This document shows, piece after piece, positions 19,811-30,501 of a stretch of DNA of 64,000 bases. The position numbers and the translations under genes are program-made. A model generated the notes under the pieces. The model searched no databases. It saw nothing but the letters and a program-made list of their open reading frames with translations, and had not been told where the DNA came from. This DNA is from Methanotrichaceae archaeon (GTDB lineage Archaea > Halobacteriota > Methanosarcinia > Methanotrichales > Methanotrichaceae), in the NCBI GenBank assembly GCA_963813075.1, contig CAWEXU010000005.1, positions 128,001 through 192,000 on the forward strand, in the 5' to 3' direction. Every line of letters starts with the position of its first letter. Position 1 is the first letter of the stretch.

Positions 19811-20350
19811 ATGACAGTCACCTTTGATCCTCACACCAGAATGAAGCATCTGGAGGAGTATGTTCTCAAGATTCACCTTAAGCTCCCCCTGGAGGAGGCC
19901 AGGGTGCAGCTCTTGAGATGCAGGATTGTGGCCTACGGCCTGATCGCTGAGATAGCCGAGGAAGGTTACGACAAAGAGTATGTCGACCGGATCTTCGCCC
20001 GAGCTTATCAGAACCTCTCCGACCTCGCCGGCCGGGATATACCGGATCCCTTCTGTGAGCCCTGCACCGGCCAGTACCAGCTTCTGGATGAGCTTATGTC
20101 CTATGGCCAGATGGATCTTCCCGAGCCGTTCCTGCGATTCATCCGGGCGGAGTTCAAGAAGGCGTTCATCCCCACCATGAGGCTCCTGACCGAGCTGTGC
20201 TCATCTGAGAACAAGTACTCCTGGGAGGAGGTAAAGCTGCAGCTTTTGGAGATCATGGACCGCTTGAGGGTGGATGTGACAATGGAAGAGTGCGAGGAGA
20301 AGCTGGAGAGGTATCTGAAAAAGATCGGTGGAACCATTTATATCAATTGA
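19811..20350 (+). CDS. Hypothetical helical protein
   Basis: 179-aa ORF with host-like codon usage; no motif recognised. Confidence 0.75.
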   Translation: MTVTFDPHTRMKHLEEYVLKIHLKLPLEEARVQLLRCRIVAYGLIAEIAEEGYDKEYVDRIFARAYQNLSDLAGRDIPDPFCEPCTGQYQLLDELMSYGQMDLPEPFLRFIRAEFKKAFIPTMRLLTELCSSENKYSWEEVKLQLLEIMDRLRVDVTMEECEEKLERYLKKIGGTIYIN

Positions 20351-20368
20351 GCTCTTTCAGGACAATTC

Positions 20369-21883
20369 ATGAATACCAGGGGCATGAATACCAGGGGCAA
20401 AAAAATAGAAGCTCAGAACCGGACCGTCCTGCAGAAAGTGGCCAGAGGAATAATGCTCATGCGAGGACTTCAAACCGATTTCTCGCCGGAGGCCCTCTCC
20501 GAGCTCGCCCGGATCAACGGCCCGGCCACAGCGGATGGCTCACCCCATATACGCGACCTGAGAGGACCACTGTGGGCCTCCATAGATAACGATGACTCAG
20601 AAGACCTGGATCAGCTCACAGTGGCCGAGCCGCTGGACGACGGAAACACCAGGATCCGGGTAGCAGTGGCGGACGTGGACAGCCTGGTCCATAAGGACTC
20701 GGCCATCGATCGGGATGCCCAGGCCAACACCACCTCCGTCTATACCGCGGCCCAGATCTTTCCCATGCTCCCCCTGAAGCTATCCACCAACCTCACCTCT
20801 CTGAACCTGAACCAGGACCGCCTGGCGGTAGTGGTGGATATGACGGTCGCCCCGGACGGCTCGCTGGTCGACTCCGATGTCTACCGGGCAGTGGTGCACA
20901 ATCATGCCAAGCTGGCCTACAACAGCGTGGCCGCCTGGCTGGAGGGAAAAGATCCCATGCCTGAGGCGGTCAGCGCCGTGGAAGGACTGGCCGAGAACCT
21001 GCTCCTCCAGGATAAGGTGGCCCAGAATATGAAGAGCCTCCGCCATGCCCAGGGCGCTTTGAGCCTGGAGACCATTGAGGCCAAGCCGGTCTTCACGGGG
21101 GAGAGGATATCCGACCTATTGGTCGAGGAGACGAACCGGGCCAAGCAGATCATCGAGGACTTCATGATCGCCGCCAATGGAGTGACAGTCCGCTATCTCA
21201 CGGAGCGAAATATGCCCTCCATTCGCAGGGTGGTGCGGGTTCCCAAAAGATGGGACCGGATCGTCCAGATCGCCGCTCAGCATGCCTTCAAGCTCCCTGC
21301 TAACCCCAGCTCCAGAAAGCTGGAGATATTCCTGAACATGATGAAGAAGAAGGATCCGCTCCGCTTTCCCGATCTATCCCTGGCCGTAATCAAGCTCCTG
21401 GGAAATGGAGAGTATGTGGCTGAACTGCCCGGGAAAGAGCCCATCGGCCACTTCGGCCTGGCGGTCAAGGACTATGCCCACTCCACCGCCCCCAACCGGC
21501 GCTATCCCGATCTGATCACCCAGAGACTGCTCAAGGCGGCCATTGAGAAAAAGCCCCTGCCCTACAAAATAGGTGAGCTGGACCGGCTGGCCGATCACTG
21601 CACCCGGAAAGAGGATATTGTGGCCAAAGTCGAGCGGCAGGTGAGCAAGTCCGCTGCTGCACTTCTGCTGGAGCCAAGAATCGGAGAGAGGTTTTCCGCC
21701 ATGGTCACCGGCTCATCAGAGAAGGGCACCTGGGTGCGGCTGCTGGACATTCCGGTGGAAGGGATGCTCAAAGGAAAAAGAAAGGGAATCGATGTGGGAG
21801 ACGAGGTCACTGTGGAGCTGGTCTCGGTGGATGTGAATCTTGGATTCATCGACTTCAAGCAAGTTGAGGATAGGATAGAATAG
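20369..21883 (+). CDS. RNase II/R family (RNB domain) exoribonuclease with C-terminal S1-like domain
   Basis: SIDNDDSEDLDQ, IEDFMIAAN, HFGLAVKDYAHSTAPNRRYPDL; start could be 20384. Confidence 0.92.
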   Translation: MNTRGMNTRGKKIEAQNRTVLQKVARGIMLMRGLQTDFSPEALSELARINGPATADGSPHIRDLRGPLWASIDNDDSEDLDQLTVAEPLDDGNTRIRVAVADVDSLVHKDSAIDRDAQANTTSVYTAAQIFPMLPLKLSTNLTSLNLNQDRLAVVVDMTVAPDGSLVDSDVYRAVVHNHAKLAYNSVAAWLEGKDPMPEAVSAVEGLAENLLLQDKVAQNMKSLRHAQGALSLETIEAKPVFTGERISDLLVEETNRAKQIIEDFMIAANGVTVRYLTERNMPSIRRVVRVPKRWDRIVQIAAQHAFKLPANPSSRKLEIFLNMMKKKDPLRFPDLSLAVIKLLGNGEYVAELPGKEPIGHFGLAVKDYAHSTAPNRRYPDLITQRLLKAAIEKKPLPYKIGELDRLADHCTRKEDIVAKVERQVSKSAAALLLEPRIGERFSAMVTGSSEKGTWVRLLDIPVEGMLKGKRKGIDVGDEVTVELVSVDVNLGFIDFKQVEDRIE

Positions 21884-22401
21884 GACGATCGAATAAGCCT
21901 GTCAAAGGGGATGGATCCAGATGGGTCTATCCCCAAAACAGCCTATACAAGAGCGGTTGATAACCGGATATCTGGCTAGAAAATAAGCTGCACTGCATAA
22001 TACTCTTCTCTTACTACTCCTCCTGCACAGAAATCTTCCCCAATTCTGTCCCCGCCGGCACCAGTCCCGGGTAGATCAGATCGTACAGCTCGCAGTTGAA
22101 GAAGGGGGTCAAGGGCGATCCCTTCGGTAGGACAAATTTGCCCATTCTCTCCATTAAGTTTACCGTTCACGTTTTGTTCCATTATTTCCCTATTGTGTCA
22201 TATCAATTCAAATAGATCGAAGACCATAACCAATCATTGCAGGCTTTACGGCCAATCTTGGCCGGATAGAGTTCTCCTTTGAAAGCCAGCATTGTGCACC
22301 ACCAGGTTAGAGTGCTGAGATCTGTATGCCAACAAGACGACCATCGATATTTGATGTGTAAATGAAAATTGATCGATCATATGAGCTAAAAAGGAGGATT
22401 T

Positions 22402-22698
22402 ATGGCAGAAAAAGTAGTATCTCCTGATGTCTGTGTGTTCAGCGACGAAAATTTTGAGACCATGAACATTCAGATTGAGCTTCCGGGCGTCGATAAGGAT
22501 AATATCGATCTGCATTTCTATGAAGACGGGTTCTATGTAGTGGCCAGGGGGGAAAATGCGAAGTACATGAGTTCCTATTCCCTGATCTTCCCCGTAGAGC
22601 CCGATGGTGCGATCGCCAATTATGCCAATGGACTTCTTACAGTCAACGTGCCATACAAGAAGCCTTTTTTGCCGGGGGTAAAGGTGAAGATCGACTAA
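22402..22698 (+). CDS. Hsp20/alpha-crystallin small heat-shock protein
   Basis: IELPGVDKDNI...ANYANGLLTVNVP. Confidence 0.85.
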   Translation: MAEKVVSPDVCVFSDENFETMNIQIELPGVDKDNIDLHFYEDGFYVVARGENAKYMSSYSLIFPVEPDGAIANYANGLLTVNVPYKKPFLPGVKVKID

Positions 22699-22778
22699 GT
22701 TTGGAAAAGAACTGGATGAATGTTCCTGAATTGATATGAAAAAATAATTGATTGGAAATAAAGGGGAAAGGTGAGAGT

Positions 22779-23117
22779 ATGATTGGAGTCTGTCCAGGCT
22801 GCGGAAAGCCGTTTAAAATAGAGAACGCGGAAAGTGGAGAAGTAGTCTACTGCGAGGATGTATGCATCAATCCGGCTGCCATGCCCACCGGAGAGAGATT
22901 GATGCCAGACCAGGCCACGAAATTGTATGTGGATGGAAACATGCGAGAGATGAAACGGCAGGATTACATTCAGATGCATGGCTTTGATCCCGAACCGGTG
23001 ATGCAGGCGGTCAATAAGTGGAGAGAAGAGCAGGTGAGAAAATGGGCCTCTTCCCAGGGCAATAGTCCTGATGAGGTCGAGGAATGGATTCGAAGGCTGT
23101 CGGTTAAGAGGGCCTGA
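22779..23117 (+). CDS. Hypothetical protein with N-terminal Cys (Zn-ribbon-like) motif
   Basis: CPGC...CEDVC; GGTGA RBS-like motif. Confidence 0.7.
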   Translation: MIGVCPGCGKPFKIENAESGEVVYCEDVCINPAAMPTGERLMPDQATKLYVDGNMREMKRQDYIQMHGFDPEPVMQAVNKWREEQVRKWASSQGNSPDEVEEWIRRLSVKRA

Positions 23118-23158
23118 TAGATTATCATGACTTAATCTTGATCGAAATGGTGATAGAG

Positions 23159-23371
23159 ATGGAATGCTGCGATATTGTGAGAAACTTTCTTGAAGGCAGG
23201 AAAGGAAAAGAGATAAGGGTGCTGGTAGAAGGGGGAAGGTTCCAGCCAGTGTCCGGAACGCTTGCCGATTTCAACGAGTCCGCCCTGGTAATCCAGCAGA
23301 AGGATGGAACACAATATCTGTTCGACCTCGATTATGTGATCAGCGTAGCAGATGCAGAGGCGGGTGATTAG
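23159..23371 (+). CDS. Small hypothetical beta-rich protein
   Basis: 70 aa after a GGTGA RBS-like motif. Confidence 0.6.
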   Translation: MECCDIVRNFLEGRKGKEIRVLVEGGRFQPVSGTLADFNESALVIQQKDGTQYLFDLDYVISVADAEAGD

Positions 23372-23479
23372 AGAGATAGAGTACACAAATAATTTTTTGC
23401 AAAAGATCGAATAAGCTCCAGATTGAGAATAAATCAAAGCAATTTCGTTAGGCTGCACCCAATCGGAGGTAAAGCAATC

Positions 23480-24853
23480 ATGCTCTTCGAGAGAATCGTC
23501 TCTACTGGTCTGGCCCACTACTCATACCTTATCGGCGACAGAAATGAAGCAGTTGTGATCGACCCCAGAAGAGACTGCGAGGTATACATCAAGAAGGCAA
23601 CCGCCGAGGGCATGAGGATAACCCATATTCTTGAGACCCATCGCAATGAGGATTATTTTGTTGGCACCACTGCACTGGCCAGGCGCACGGGAGCAGAGGT
23701 CTGGCATGCGGATCCGCAATGGGACTACAGATATGGGAAGGCCGCAAGCCCGGGCCAGAGATGGCGGGTGGGCAGACTGGAGGTCGAGGCGCTCTTTACC
23801 CCCGGGCACACTCCCGGCAGCCTGAGCTATCTGCTGCGAGATCCAGACGGCCTGGCCTGGACGGTCTTCACCGGCGATGCTCTTTTTGCCGGTGATGTAG
23901 GCCGGATCGACCTGTTGGGACAGGAGAGAGCAGAGGAGATGGCGGGTCTGCTGTATGATAGCATCTTTCAGACTCTCCTCCCCCTGGGGGATGGTATTTT
24001 GGTCTGCCCGGCCCATGGAGCAGGATCCGTCTGCGGCGAATCCATAGCTGAAAGGCTCTGGACCAGTATCGGCCTGGAGAGGCTGTACAACCCCCGTCTG
24101 AAGACAAAAAGAAAAGAGGAGTTCGTAAATTCCCTGTTAAAAGCCCATCTGGAAAGACCGCCCTATTTCAGCACAATGGAGAAGGTCAATTTGGAGGGCA
24201 AGCCAATTTTGGAGACAATTCCACAGCTCAAACCCCTTTCAGCGCCTGATTTTGCCGCCCTGGCCGATGAAGCTATGATCCTTGACACCAGAATGGAGCT
24301 GGGATACTCTGCCGCTCACGTTCCCAACTCCATGTCCATCTGGTCAGGCGGGCTGGCAAGCTTTGCGGGATGGTTTCTCAGCTACGAAAAGCCCATTCTG
24401 CTGGTGGCAGAGGGAAATGATACCGAGGACGTGGTGCGCATTCTCCTCCGCCTGGGCTTCGATGATATCACCGGTTTTTTGGCGGGTGGGATGCTCAGCT
24501 GGCATAAGGCAGGATTGCAGTCCGATTTCCAGCCTACTATAAGTGTTTCGGATTTCTGCCAGCTGCTGGATGAGGATCTTTCTCCCTGGATACTGGACGT
24601 AAGAAGCGAGGCAGAGCTGGTGAGGGAGGGGACGATTCCGGGTGCGCATCATATTCACATCACCCAGATTGGGGAGCGAATAGAACTGCTGCCAAAAAAC
24701 AGAAAGATCTATATTTTCTGTGGCAGCGGCCTGCGCTCCATGATCGCTGCCAGCTACCTCAAAAGGCATGGCTGGACGGATCTGGTGGTCATCCTGGGTG
24801 GCATGGCTGGCTGGAGGTCGATCAACTGCCCAATCATAAGACCCGCGAATTGA
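23480..24853 (+). CDS. MBL-fold hydrolase fused to two rhodanese domains
   Basis: ETHRNED, TPGHTPG, FTGDALF, PAHGAGSVCG, C-terminal CGSGLRS. Confidence 0.9.
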   Translation: MLFERIVSTGLAHYSYLIGDRNEAVVIDPRRDCEVYIKKATAEGMRITHILETHRNEDYFVGTTALARRTGAEVWHADPQWDYRYGKAASPGQRWRVGRLEVEALFTPGHTPGSLSYLLRDPDGLAWTVFTGDALFAGDVGRIDLLGQERAEEMAGLLYDSIFQTLLPLGDGILVCPAHGAGSVCGESIAERLWTSIGLERLYNPRLKTKRKEEFVNSLLKAHLERPPYFSTMEKVNLEGKPILETIPQLKPLSAPDFAALADEAMILDTRMELGYSAAHVPNSMSIWSGGLASFAGWFLSYEKPILLVAEGNDTEDVVRILLRLGFDDITGFLAGGMLSWHKAGLQSDFQPTISVSDFCQLLDEDLSPWILDVRSEAELVREGTIPGAHHIHITQIGERIELLPKNRKIYIFCGSGLRSMIAASYLKRHGWTDLVVILGGMAGWRSINCPIIRPAN

Positions 24854-24915
24854 AGCGCCTTCAGAAAAGACAGAATATCGGCAGAGGATAGCGAAAAATA
24901 AGGAAATGAGGATTT

Positions 24916-26481
24916 ATGATAAACAAATTCGGATTAGCTCTCATGACGATGCTTCTGGCATTATCCCTGGGATTGTCGTGGGGCGAAGATACACAGACTG
25001 CAAGCATATTGATCAGCGACTTTTCTTTCCAGCCTGATTCGATCACTGTTGCAGCCGGGAGCACCGTTGTCTGGACAAATGAGGATTCAGCGCCCCATAC
25101 GGTAACTGCTGATGACGGATCGTTCGAGTCCCCTCGGATGAATAGCGGCGGCAAATTTGAGCATACTTTCCCGCAGCCTGGGAGCTATGAATACCATTGC
25201 GCCATTCATCCTGCCATGAAGGGCGAGATCTCAGTCATCGAGGCCGAGGCTGTTTCCTCTACCTCTACGCCCGCCGTCGGGCTGGACCTGATAGCAGAAG
25301 GGCTGGTGGCTCCGATGGCATTCATGAGCGCGGGAGACGCAAGGATGTTCATCGTCGAGCAGACCGGCCTGATAAGATTGATGCAGGAGGATGGCACAAT
25401 TCTGGATGAGCCATTCATGGACTTGAGCGACAGGATGATTCCAATCTCACCAGGATACGACGAACGAGGTCTTTTGGGACTGGCCTTCCACCCCGAATTC
25501 TCCCAAAACGGACGGCTCTTTGTCTTCTACAGTGCGCCTTTAAGAGATGGCGCGCCAGAAGACTATAGCTGCACCAATCGCATATCCGAGTTCGTGGTCT
25601 CGGAGGAGAACCCAAATAAAGTGGACATGAACTCCGAGAGAATCCTGCTTGAGGTCGATAAGCCTCAGGGGAACCACAACGGAGGAGGGATCGCCTTTGG
25701 TCCGGATGGCTACCTCTACATTCCCCTGGGAGATGGAGGCGGAGCAGATGACGTGGGAATGGGCCATGCGCCAGAAGGAAATGGCCAATTTACCCAGACA
25801 TTTCTGGGCAAGATCCTGCGCATAGATGTGGACCGCCAGGATGACGGCCTGCCCTATGGCATACCGGCAGACAATCCATTCCTGGAAGATGAAGATATTC
25901 TCCCTGAAATCTGGGCACTGGGATTCAGGAACCCCTGGATGATCAGCTTCGATAAAGGGGAAGAGCACGATTTATTCGTCTCTGATGCCGGCCAGAACCT
26001 CTGGGAGGAGGTCGATCTCGTAACCAGTGGCGGCAATTATGGCTGGAATATCCGGGAGGGCACTCATTGCTTTGATCCCGATAACCCCAATGAATCCCCA
26101 GCCAGCTGTCCGGACACCGGATCCCGAGGCGAGCCGCTGATCGATCCGATTATCGAGTACGGACATGACCTGGGTACGGTGGTGGTTGGAGGTTACGTCT
26201 ACCGGGGCATGGCAATGCCTGAGATGGAAGGAAAGTACATCTTCGCCGACTGGTCCAATGACTTTGGGAAGGGGAATGGGACACTGCTCGTAGCCAGCCC
26301 CTCAACCGATGGCTTATGGGATTGGGAGGAAGTATCGGTAGCCGGCAGTTCCAGCGGCCGGATCGATGAGTTCATCCGCGGCTTCGGACAGGATGATGAG
26401 GGCGAGATTTATGTTCTCACCTCCAGCGAGATGGGGCCAGCTAATCAGACGGCAAAGATATTCAAGATGACTCCTCCCTGA
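24916..26481 (+). CDS. Secreted cupredoxin fused to a PQQ-type glucose/sorbosone dehydrogenase-like beta-propeller
   Basis: Signal peptide; PHTVT...YHCAIHPAMKG type-1 Cu ligands; ERGLLGLAFHP, NHNGG, FGPDGYLY, GFRNPW, GGNYGW. Confidence 0.9.
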   Translation: MINKFGLALMTMLLALSLGLSWGEDTQTASILISDFSFQPDSITVAAGSTVVWTNEDSAPHTVTADDGSFESPRMNSGGKFEHTFPQPGSYEYHCAIHPAMKGEISVIEAEAVSSTSTPAVGLDLIAEGLVAPMAFMSAGDARMFIVEQTGLIRLMQEDGTILDEPFMDLSDRMIPISPGYDERGLLGLAFHPEFSQNGRLFVFYSAPLRDGAPEDYSCTNRISEFVVSEENPNKVDMNSERILLEVDKPQGNHNGGGIAFGPDGYLYIPLGDGGGADDVGMGHAPEGNGQFTQTFLGKILRIDVDRQDDGLPYGIPADNPFLEDEDILPEIWALGFRNPWMISFDKGEEHDLFVSDAGQNLWEEVDLVTSGGNYGWNIREGTHCFDPDNPNESPASCPDTGSRGEPLIDPIIEYGHDLGTVVVGGYVYRGMAMPEMEGKYIFADWSNDFGKGNGTLLVASPSTDGLWDWEEVSVAGSSSGRIDEFIRGFGQDDEGEIYVLTSSEMGPANQTAKIFKMTPP

Positions 26482-26721
26482 AGAGAGGAGAAGGGGATCC
26501 CCAAAATCCCCATTTTTATTTTTGGAGTTAACATTGATTCTGGTGGGGCGTAAAGGAAAGAGAGTTCAGCTCCAGGCATGCAGACATGTCACCTGGTCAG
26601 CATAGCGAGCTGGTGCGGGAGGGAATAAGTCTTTCGAAGCTTGCCGAACATCTGGAAAGATGTCATCCTGCCAAGAAAAATCCTGATAACGGATCTTGCA
26701 GGGCTTATCGATTGAATCTGA

Positions 26722-27030
26722 TCACGCATATCCCAGATTGAAGTCAATAGGCGTGGATTTTGAAGCAAATGAGCTGCCATGCTCCAGAGCATCTTCAGCG
26801 ATCTTCTTGAGGAGAGTAGGATAGATCTCCCCACGATATCTATCCTGGCAAATGCGATCTTTCCCTTGAACTCATCGGCATATTTCTCGAAATAGGGCAT
26901 CATGGCAATACTATGGGGGCAGGTGGGACTGAAAAACATCACCACTATCGTCTTTCCTTCTTTTTCAACCACCATCTCCCAGTTCAGATCATCGAGTTCA
27001 ATTATCGATCTACCACTGAAGATTTCTCTG
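26722..27030 (-). pseudogene. Thioredoxin-family gene with apparent internal deletion/frameshift and CPHS active site
   Basis: IIELDDLNWEMVV...VVMFFSPTCPHS...FARIDIV jumps to GEIYPTLLKK in another frame; start uncertain. Confidence 0.65.
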
Positions 27031-27045
27031 ATGCTTCAAAGGTCC

Positions 27046-28431
27046 TCAGATCTCTTGATTTGGCCGGACCTTATAGGCTATCCGAATAGTTATCAGACTG
27101 ATTAAAGAGAGGACGACAAAGGCAGCCAGGACCTGCTTCATGCTCAGCAGGAATGTTGGATATCTATCCGGAGTTATATTCGTACCCCCGAGATAGATAG
27201 CGAATCCGATGCTGACGATGGCCATGCTGGTGGAATTTCCAATTAGCCTCATGGTCTCGGCCAGGCTTGACCCCATGGCGTATCTGTCCTTTGATATTGA
27301 CCCTAAAATTATCTTCATCAATGGCGGATAGAAAAATGCCCCGCCTGCGGAGATCGAAATCATCTCAATCAATGCCAGCAGCAGAGGCGTATCGGAGGAG
27401 ATCAGGGACATGGGCAATAGGCCTGCCAGAGATATCATCACCCCCACAGTGGCAAGGAAATAGAGATTCATGCGGTCTGAGAGACGACCGGCATAAATGG
27501 TCAGGGCGGCAGTGACCAGGGTAGGTGCAAGGAGGAGCATTCCTGCTGACCGGGCATCGAATCCTTTGATGTACTGCAGATATAGGCTGAACAGGAAGAC
27601 AGCTCCCAGGTTGGACGCAGTATAAAGCATAATGGCCGCATTGGAGAGGGAAAAGCAGCGATTCAGTCGCAAGAGGTTCATATCAATCACGGGATAGCTG
27701 ATTTTAGATTGACGCATTATGTAAAGCGTTAATACTGCCATTCCAGCCAGGATAAGGAGGCCCCCCCTGAGGGAGGGGAGTTCTGTCAGTCCTCGGATGA
27801 ACAGAAATAGCTGCATTGCGATCAGTGCGGAGCCCAAACCATCGAACTTTTGTCCTTTGGATAACGCACATTCACCCGGAAGCCTGTAGCGTATCATTAA
27901 GGCCACAAAGAGGCTTATGGGAAGTGTCAAGAGGAAGATGAACCTCCAGTTAAAGTAGTAAGTTAAGATGCCCCCCAGAAAAAAACCCAGAGCGAAACCG
28001 GTGATATTTGAGGCGATGTTAATGCCCAGAGCCGCACCCCGTTCCCGTTCTGAGAGGGATAGGCTAAGGAGGGCAAAAGAGGTGCCGAAAACCATAGCTG
28101 CACCAAGGCCGGTCATAAAGCGAGCCATGATCAGAATCGGGGCCGATGGGGCAATAGCTGCGAATAGAGCAGATATAAAATAGATGCCAACGCCAATGGA
28201 AAAGACCCTCTTGATCCCGAATATATCTGCTAACCGTCCGAACGGTATCAAAAACATGGATGCGGCCAGAAAGAAGACCGTGGCCAGCCAGCTCATGGCA
28301 ACGGCGTTCATCCCGAACTCAACTCCAATGGTGGGAATGGCTACGGTAAGGGCGGATACCATGAATGGAGCCAGGAACGAGCCGCCGGCGGAGATCACCA
28401 GAAGATGCATTTTAGCAGGAGATGGAGTCAT
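27046..28431 (-). CDS. MFS transporter (DHA2/EmrB-like)
   Basis: Many hydrophobic segments; FGRLADIFGIKR motif A. Confidence 0.9.
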   Translation of the reverse strand: MTPSPAKMHLLVISAGGSFLAPFMVSALTVAIPTIGVEFGMNAVAMSWLATVFFLAASMFLIPFGRLADIFGIKRVFSIGVGIYFISALFAAIAPSAPILIMARFMTGLGAAMVFGTSFALLSLSLSERERGAALGINIASNITGFALGFFLGGILTYYFNWRFIFLLTLPISLFVALMIRYRLPGECALSKGQKFDGLGSALIAMQLFLFIRGLTELPSLRGGLLILAGMAVLTLYIMRQSKISYPVIDMNLLRLNRCFSLSNAAIMLYTASNLGAVFLFSLYLQYIKGFDARSAGMLLLAPTLVTAALTIYAGRLSDRMNLYFLATVGVMISLAGLLPMSLISSDTPLLLALIEMISISAGGAFFYPPLMKIILGSISKDRYAMGSSLAETMRLIGNSTSMAIVSIGFAIYLGGTNITPDRYPTFLLSMKQVLAAFVVLSLISLITIRIAYKVRPNQEI

Positions 28432-28639
28432 GTAATTTCGTATTGACGTTGGCGTCTTCAGAGGATAAATTTTTGCGTTAGATAGATAAACGATCAGGGA
28501 TTAATATTGATAGGAATTTGCATACCCGACCCATGTCCACACAAAAACGCATATGGATATAGTATAATTGGGATTGCATCTGCAAGAGACTTAAAGGCAT
28601 ATTGCGGCTTATCCGCTTAAGAATGGAGGCTTTTCAAAT

Positions 28640-29524
28640 ATGATATATCCTTATCCGCCTGGCCAAGGCACAGTAAAGTGGATCTCAACCGAATGGCTGG
28701 CAGATCACATCGAGGACGACGATCTGAAGATCCTGGACGTTCAGCCTAATATCCACGATTACATCATGGGCCATATACCCCATGCAGCCTACTTGAATGA
28801 AGGCGTCCTCAGATCTGCCTGGGAGAGTTTGCCGGCTATGTATGTTCCTCCTGAGAGCTTGAAGCCTATTCTGGATCGAGCGGGAGTAGATCCCGATACG
28901 CCCACGGTCATTTACTCTAGCGCCGGACGCTACAGCCACTGCACTGCCGGCATCGGCGACGGCCTGGAGCAGCCCATGATGGCCTATTCCCTGGCTCGAT
29001 TCGGCCATAAAAAGCTGTATATCCTGGACGGCGGGATTGAGAAGTGGTTAGCAGACGGCCATAAGCTGACTAAGGTATACCCTAGATGCATCAAATCCGA
29101 TTTCACTGTGGACCTCCAGAGGGAATACTTTGTGACCTATGATCAGTTTCTGGAAATGAAAGACCAGAACACTGTTATGGTCCTTGATGCCCGCCCGGCC
29201 GATATCTATGCCCAGGGAGGGCTCTGGCCAAAGCTCGGCCATATTCCCGGCGCTCTGAGCCTCCCCTGGAGGAGCCTGATGACCAAGGATAACAGCCGCC
29301 TCTTGAAGAGCGACATTGAACTGAAGGAGATCATAGGAAAGTTCGATATCCGCCCAGAGAAGACCCTGATCGTATACTGTGGCACGGGCAGGGAAGCCAC
29401 CAACGAGTTCCTCATTCTTAAGTGGTATTTCGGCCATGAAAAAGTCAAGATATTTGAGGGATCGTTTACCGAATGGACGGCTCATCCTGAGAATCCTACG
29501 GTAACCGGCACTGAGCCCCGGTAG
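28640..29524 (+). CDS. Tandem-rhodanese sulfurtransferase (SseA/TST-like)
   Basis: GHIPHA, ILDGG, GHIPGA, YCGTGREA, FEGSFTEW. Confidence 0.9.
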   Translation: MIYPYPPGQGTVKWISTEWLADHIEDDDLKILDVQPNIHDYIMGHIPHAAYLNEGVLRSAWESLPAMYVPPESLKPILDRAGVDPDTPTVIYSSAGRYSHCTAGIGDGLEQPMMAYSLARFGHKKLYILDGGIEKWLADGHKLTKVYPRCIKSDFTVDLQREYFVTYDQFLEMKDQNTVMVLDARPADIYAQGGLWPKLGHIPGALSLPWRSLMTKDNSRLLKSDIELKEIIGKFDIRPEKTLIVYCGTGREATNEFLILKWYFGHEKVKIFEGSFTEWTAHPENPTVTGTEPR

Positions 29525-29595
29525 TGGGATGCAATCTTGGACAGACGTGTCAGGGAATTCTCGCCCCTGCCAGGTCTTCAGTCTTAAGAATTTTT

Positions 29596-30357
29596 TTATT
29601 TCGAAGTGATAATCTTTGAGCCCAGATCCGAATATAGCTGGGCAACTACCCTGAGGGCTCGATATCCCTTCTCGGTTATCATATAGTCCCCTCTCTCATT
29701 CCTCTGCAGAATCATTCCTCCATCTTGCAGTTTTTGCAGGTGAAAGAGCAGGTTGCCGCCCCGCAATCCAGTGAGCTCAGCGAGAGCTGAAAAGGTCATA
29801 GTCTCCGCGAAAAGAGCCTTTAGAATTTGCAGTCTCTGTTTATTGCTCAAGGGCTCGAGCAGATCGGTTACGGCATCTTCCACAGGAAGGGGCTCCATAG
29901 ATTCGCCCGTCACATCATTATCATGGTATAGTCTGAGCGAACGCATCAGATCTATCTGCTTATCCAACAGCCTGGCGGCCTCAGAGAAGCAGGTTTTGCA
30001 TTGATCATAAGGAGACTTCCCGCGCATCTGCTCCAGCTTCGATTTCGCATTGCAGATGGAATCCACGGATACCTCGCTTCCTTTAATCTGATCCAGGTTG
30101 TTGTTCAGAAGATCTGAGAATAGCGCTTTGCAGGTTTTCTTCATATGACAGTCCCCTACCATCTTGCCCTCCAGGCTGCCTTCGATATCATTGGTAGCGT
30201 ATCCCCGGATTACATCCAAAAAATCGCTTCTGCAGCCATTGACAATCGAAGCCAAATGCTGCTGGTTTGAGCGTTCCATGAACCTCTTCATGTCCTCATG
30301 AATGATATCGAGCTTCGACTTTATGGCGTTGACTTCCTTCAGAAGATCCTCATTCAT
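29596..30357 (-). CDS. ArsR-type winged-helix regulator with Cys-containing N-terminal domain
   Basis: PLSNKQRLQILKAL...TFSALAELTGLRGGNLLFHLQKL...YMITEKG. Confidence 0.85.
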   Translation of the reverse strand: MNEDLLKEVNAIKSKLDIIHEDMKRFMERSNQQHLASIVNGCRSDFLDVIRGYATNDIEGSLEGKMVGDCHMKKTCKALFSDLLNNNLDQIKGSEVSVDSICNAKSKLEQMRGKSPYDQCKTCFSEAARLLDKQIDLMRSLRLYHDNDVTGESMEPLPVEDAVTDLLEPLSNKQRLQILKALFAETMTFSALAELTGLRGGNLLFHLQKLQDGGMILQRNERGDYMITEKGYRALRVVAQLYSDLGSKIITSK

Positions 30358-30501
30358 GATATCATAAAAGGGCCCTGAGAGGAAAAAGGTTTCTATTATG
30401 CATCTGAGAGTTAATCTTGTACATTGGATTATATCTTGTATAGTTTTATGACGCCAAAGTATATATTCCTAACTGGGCAATATAAGGATTGGTGAAGAAC
30501 C

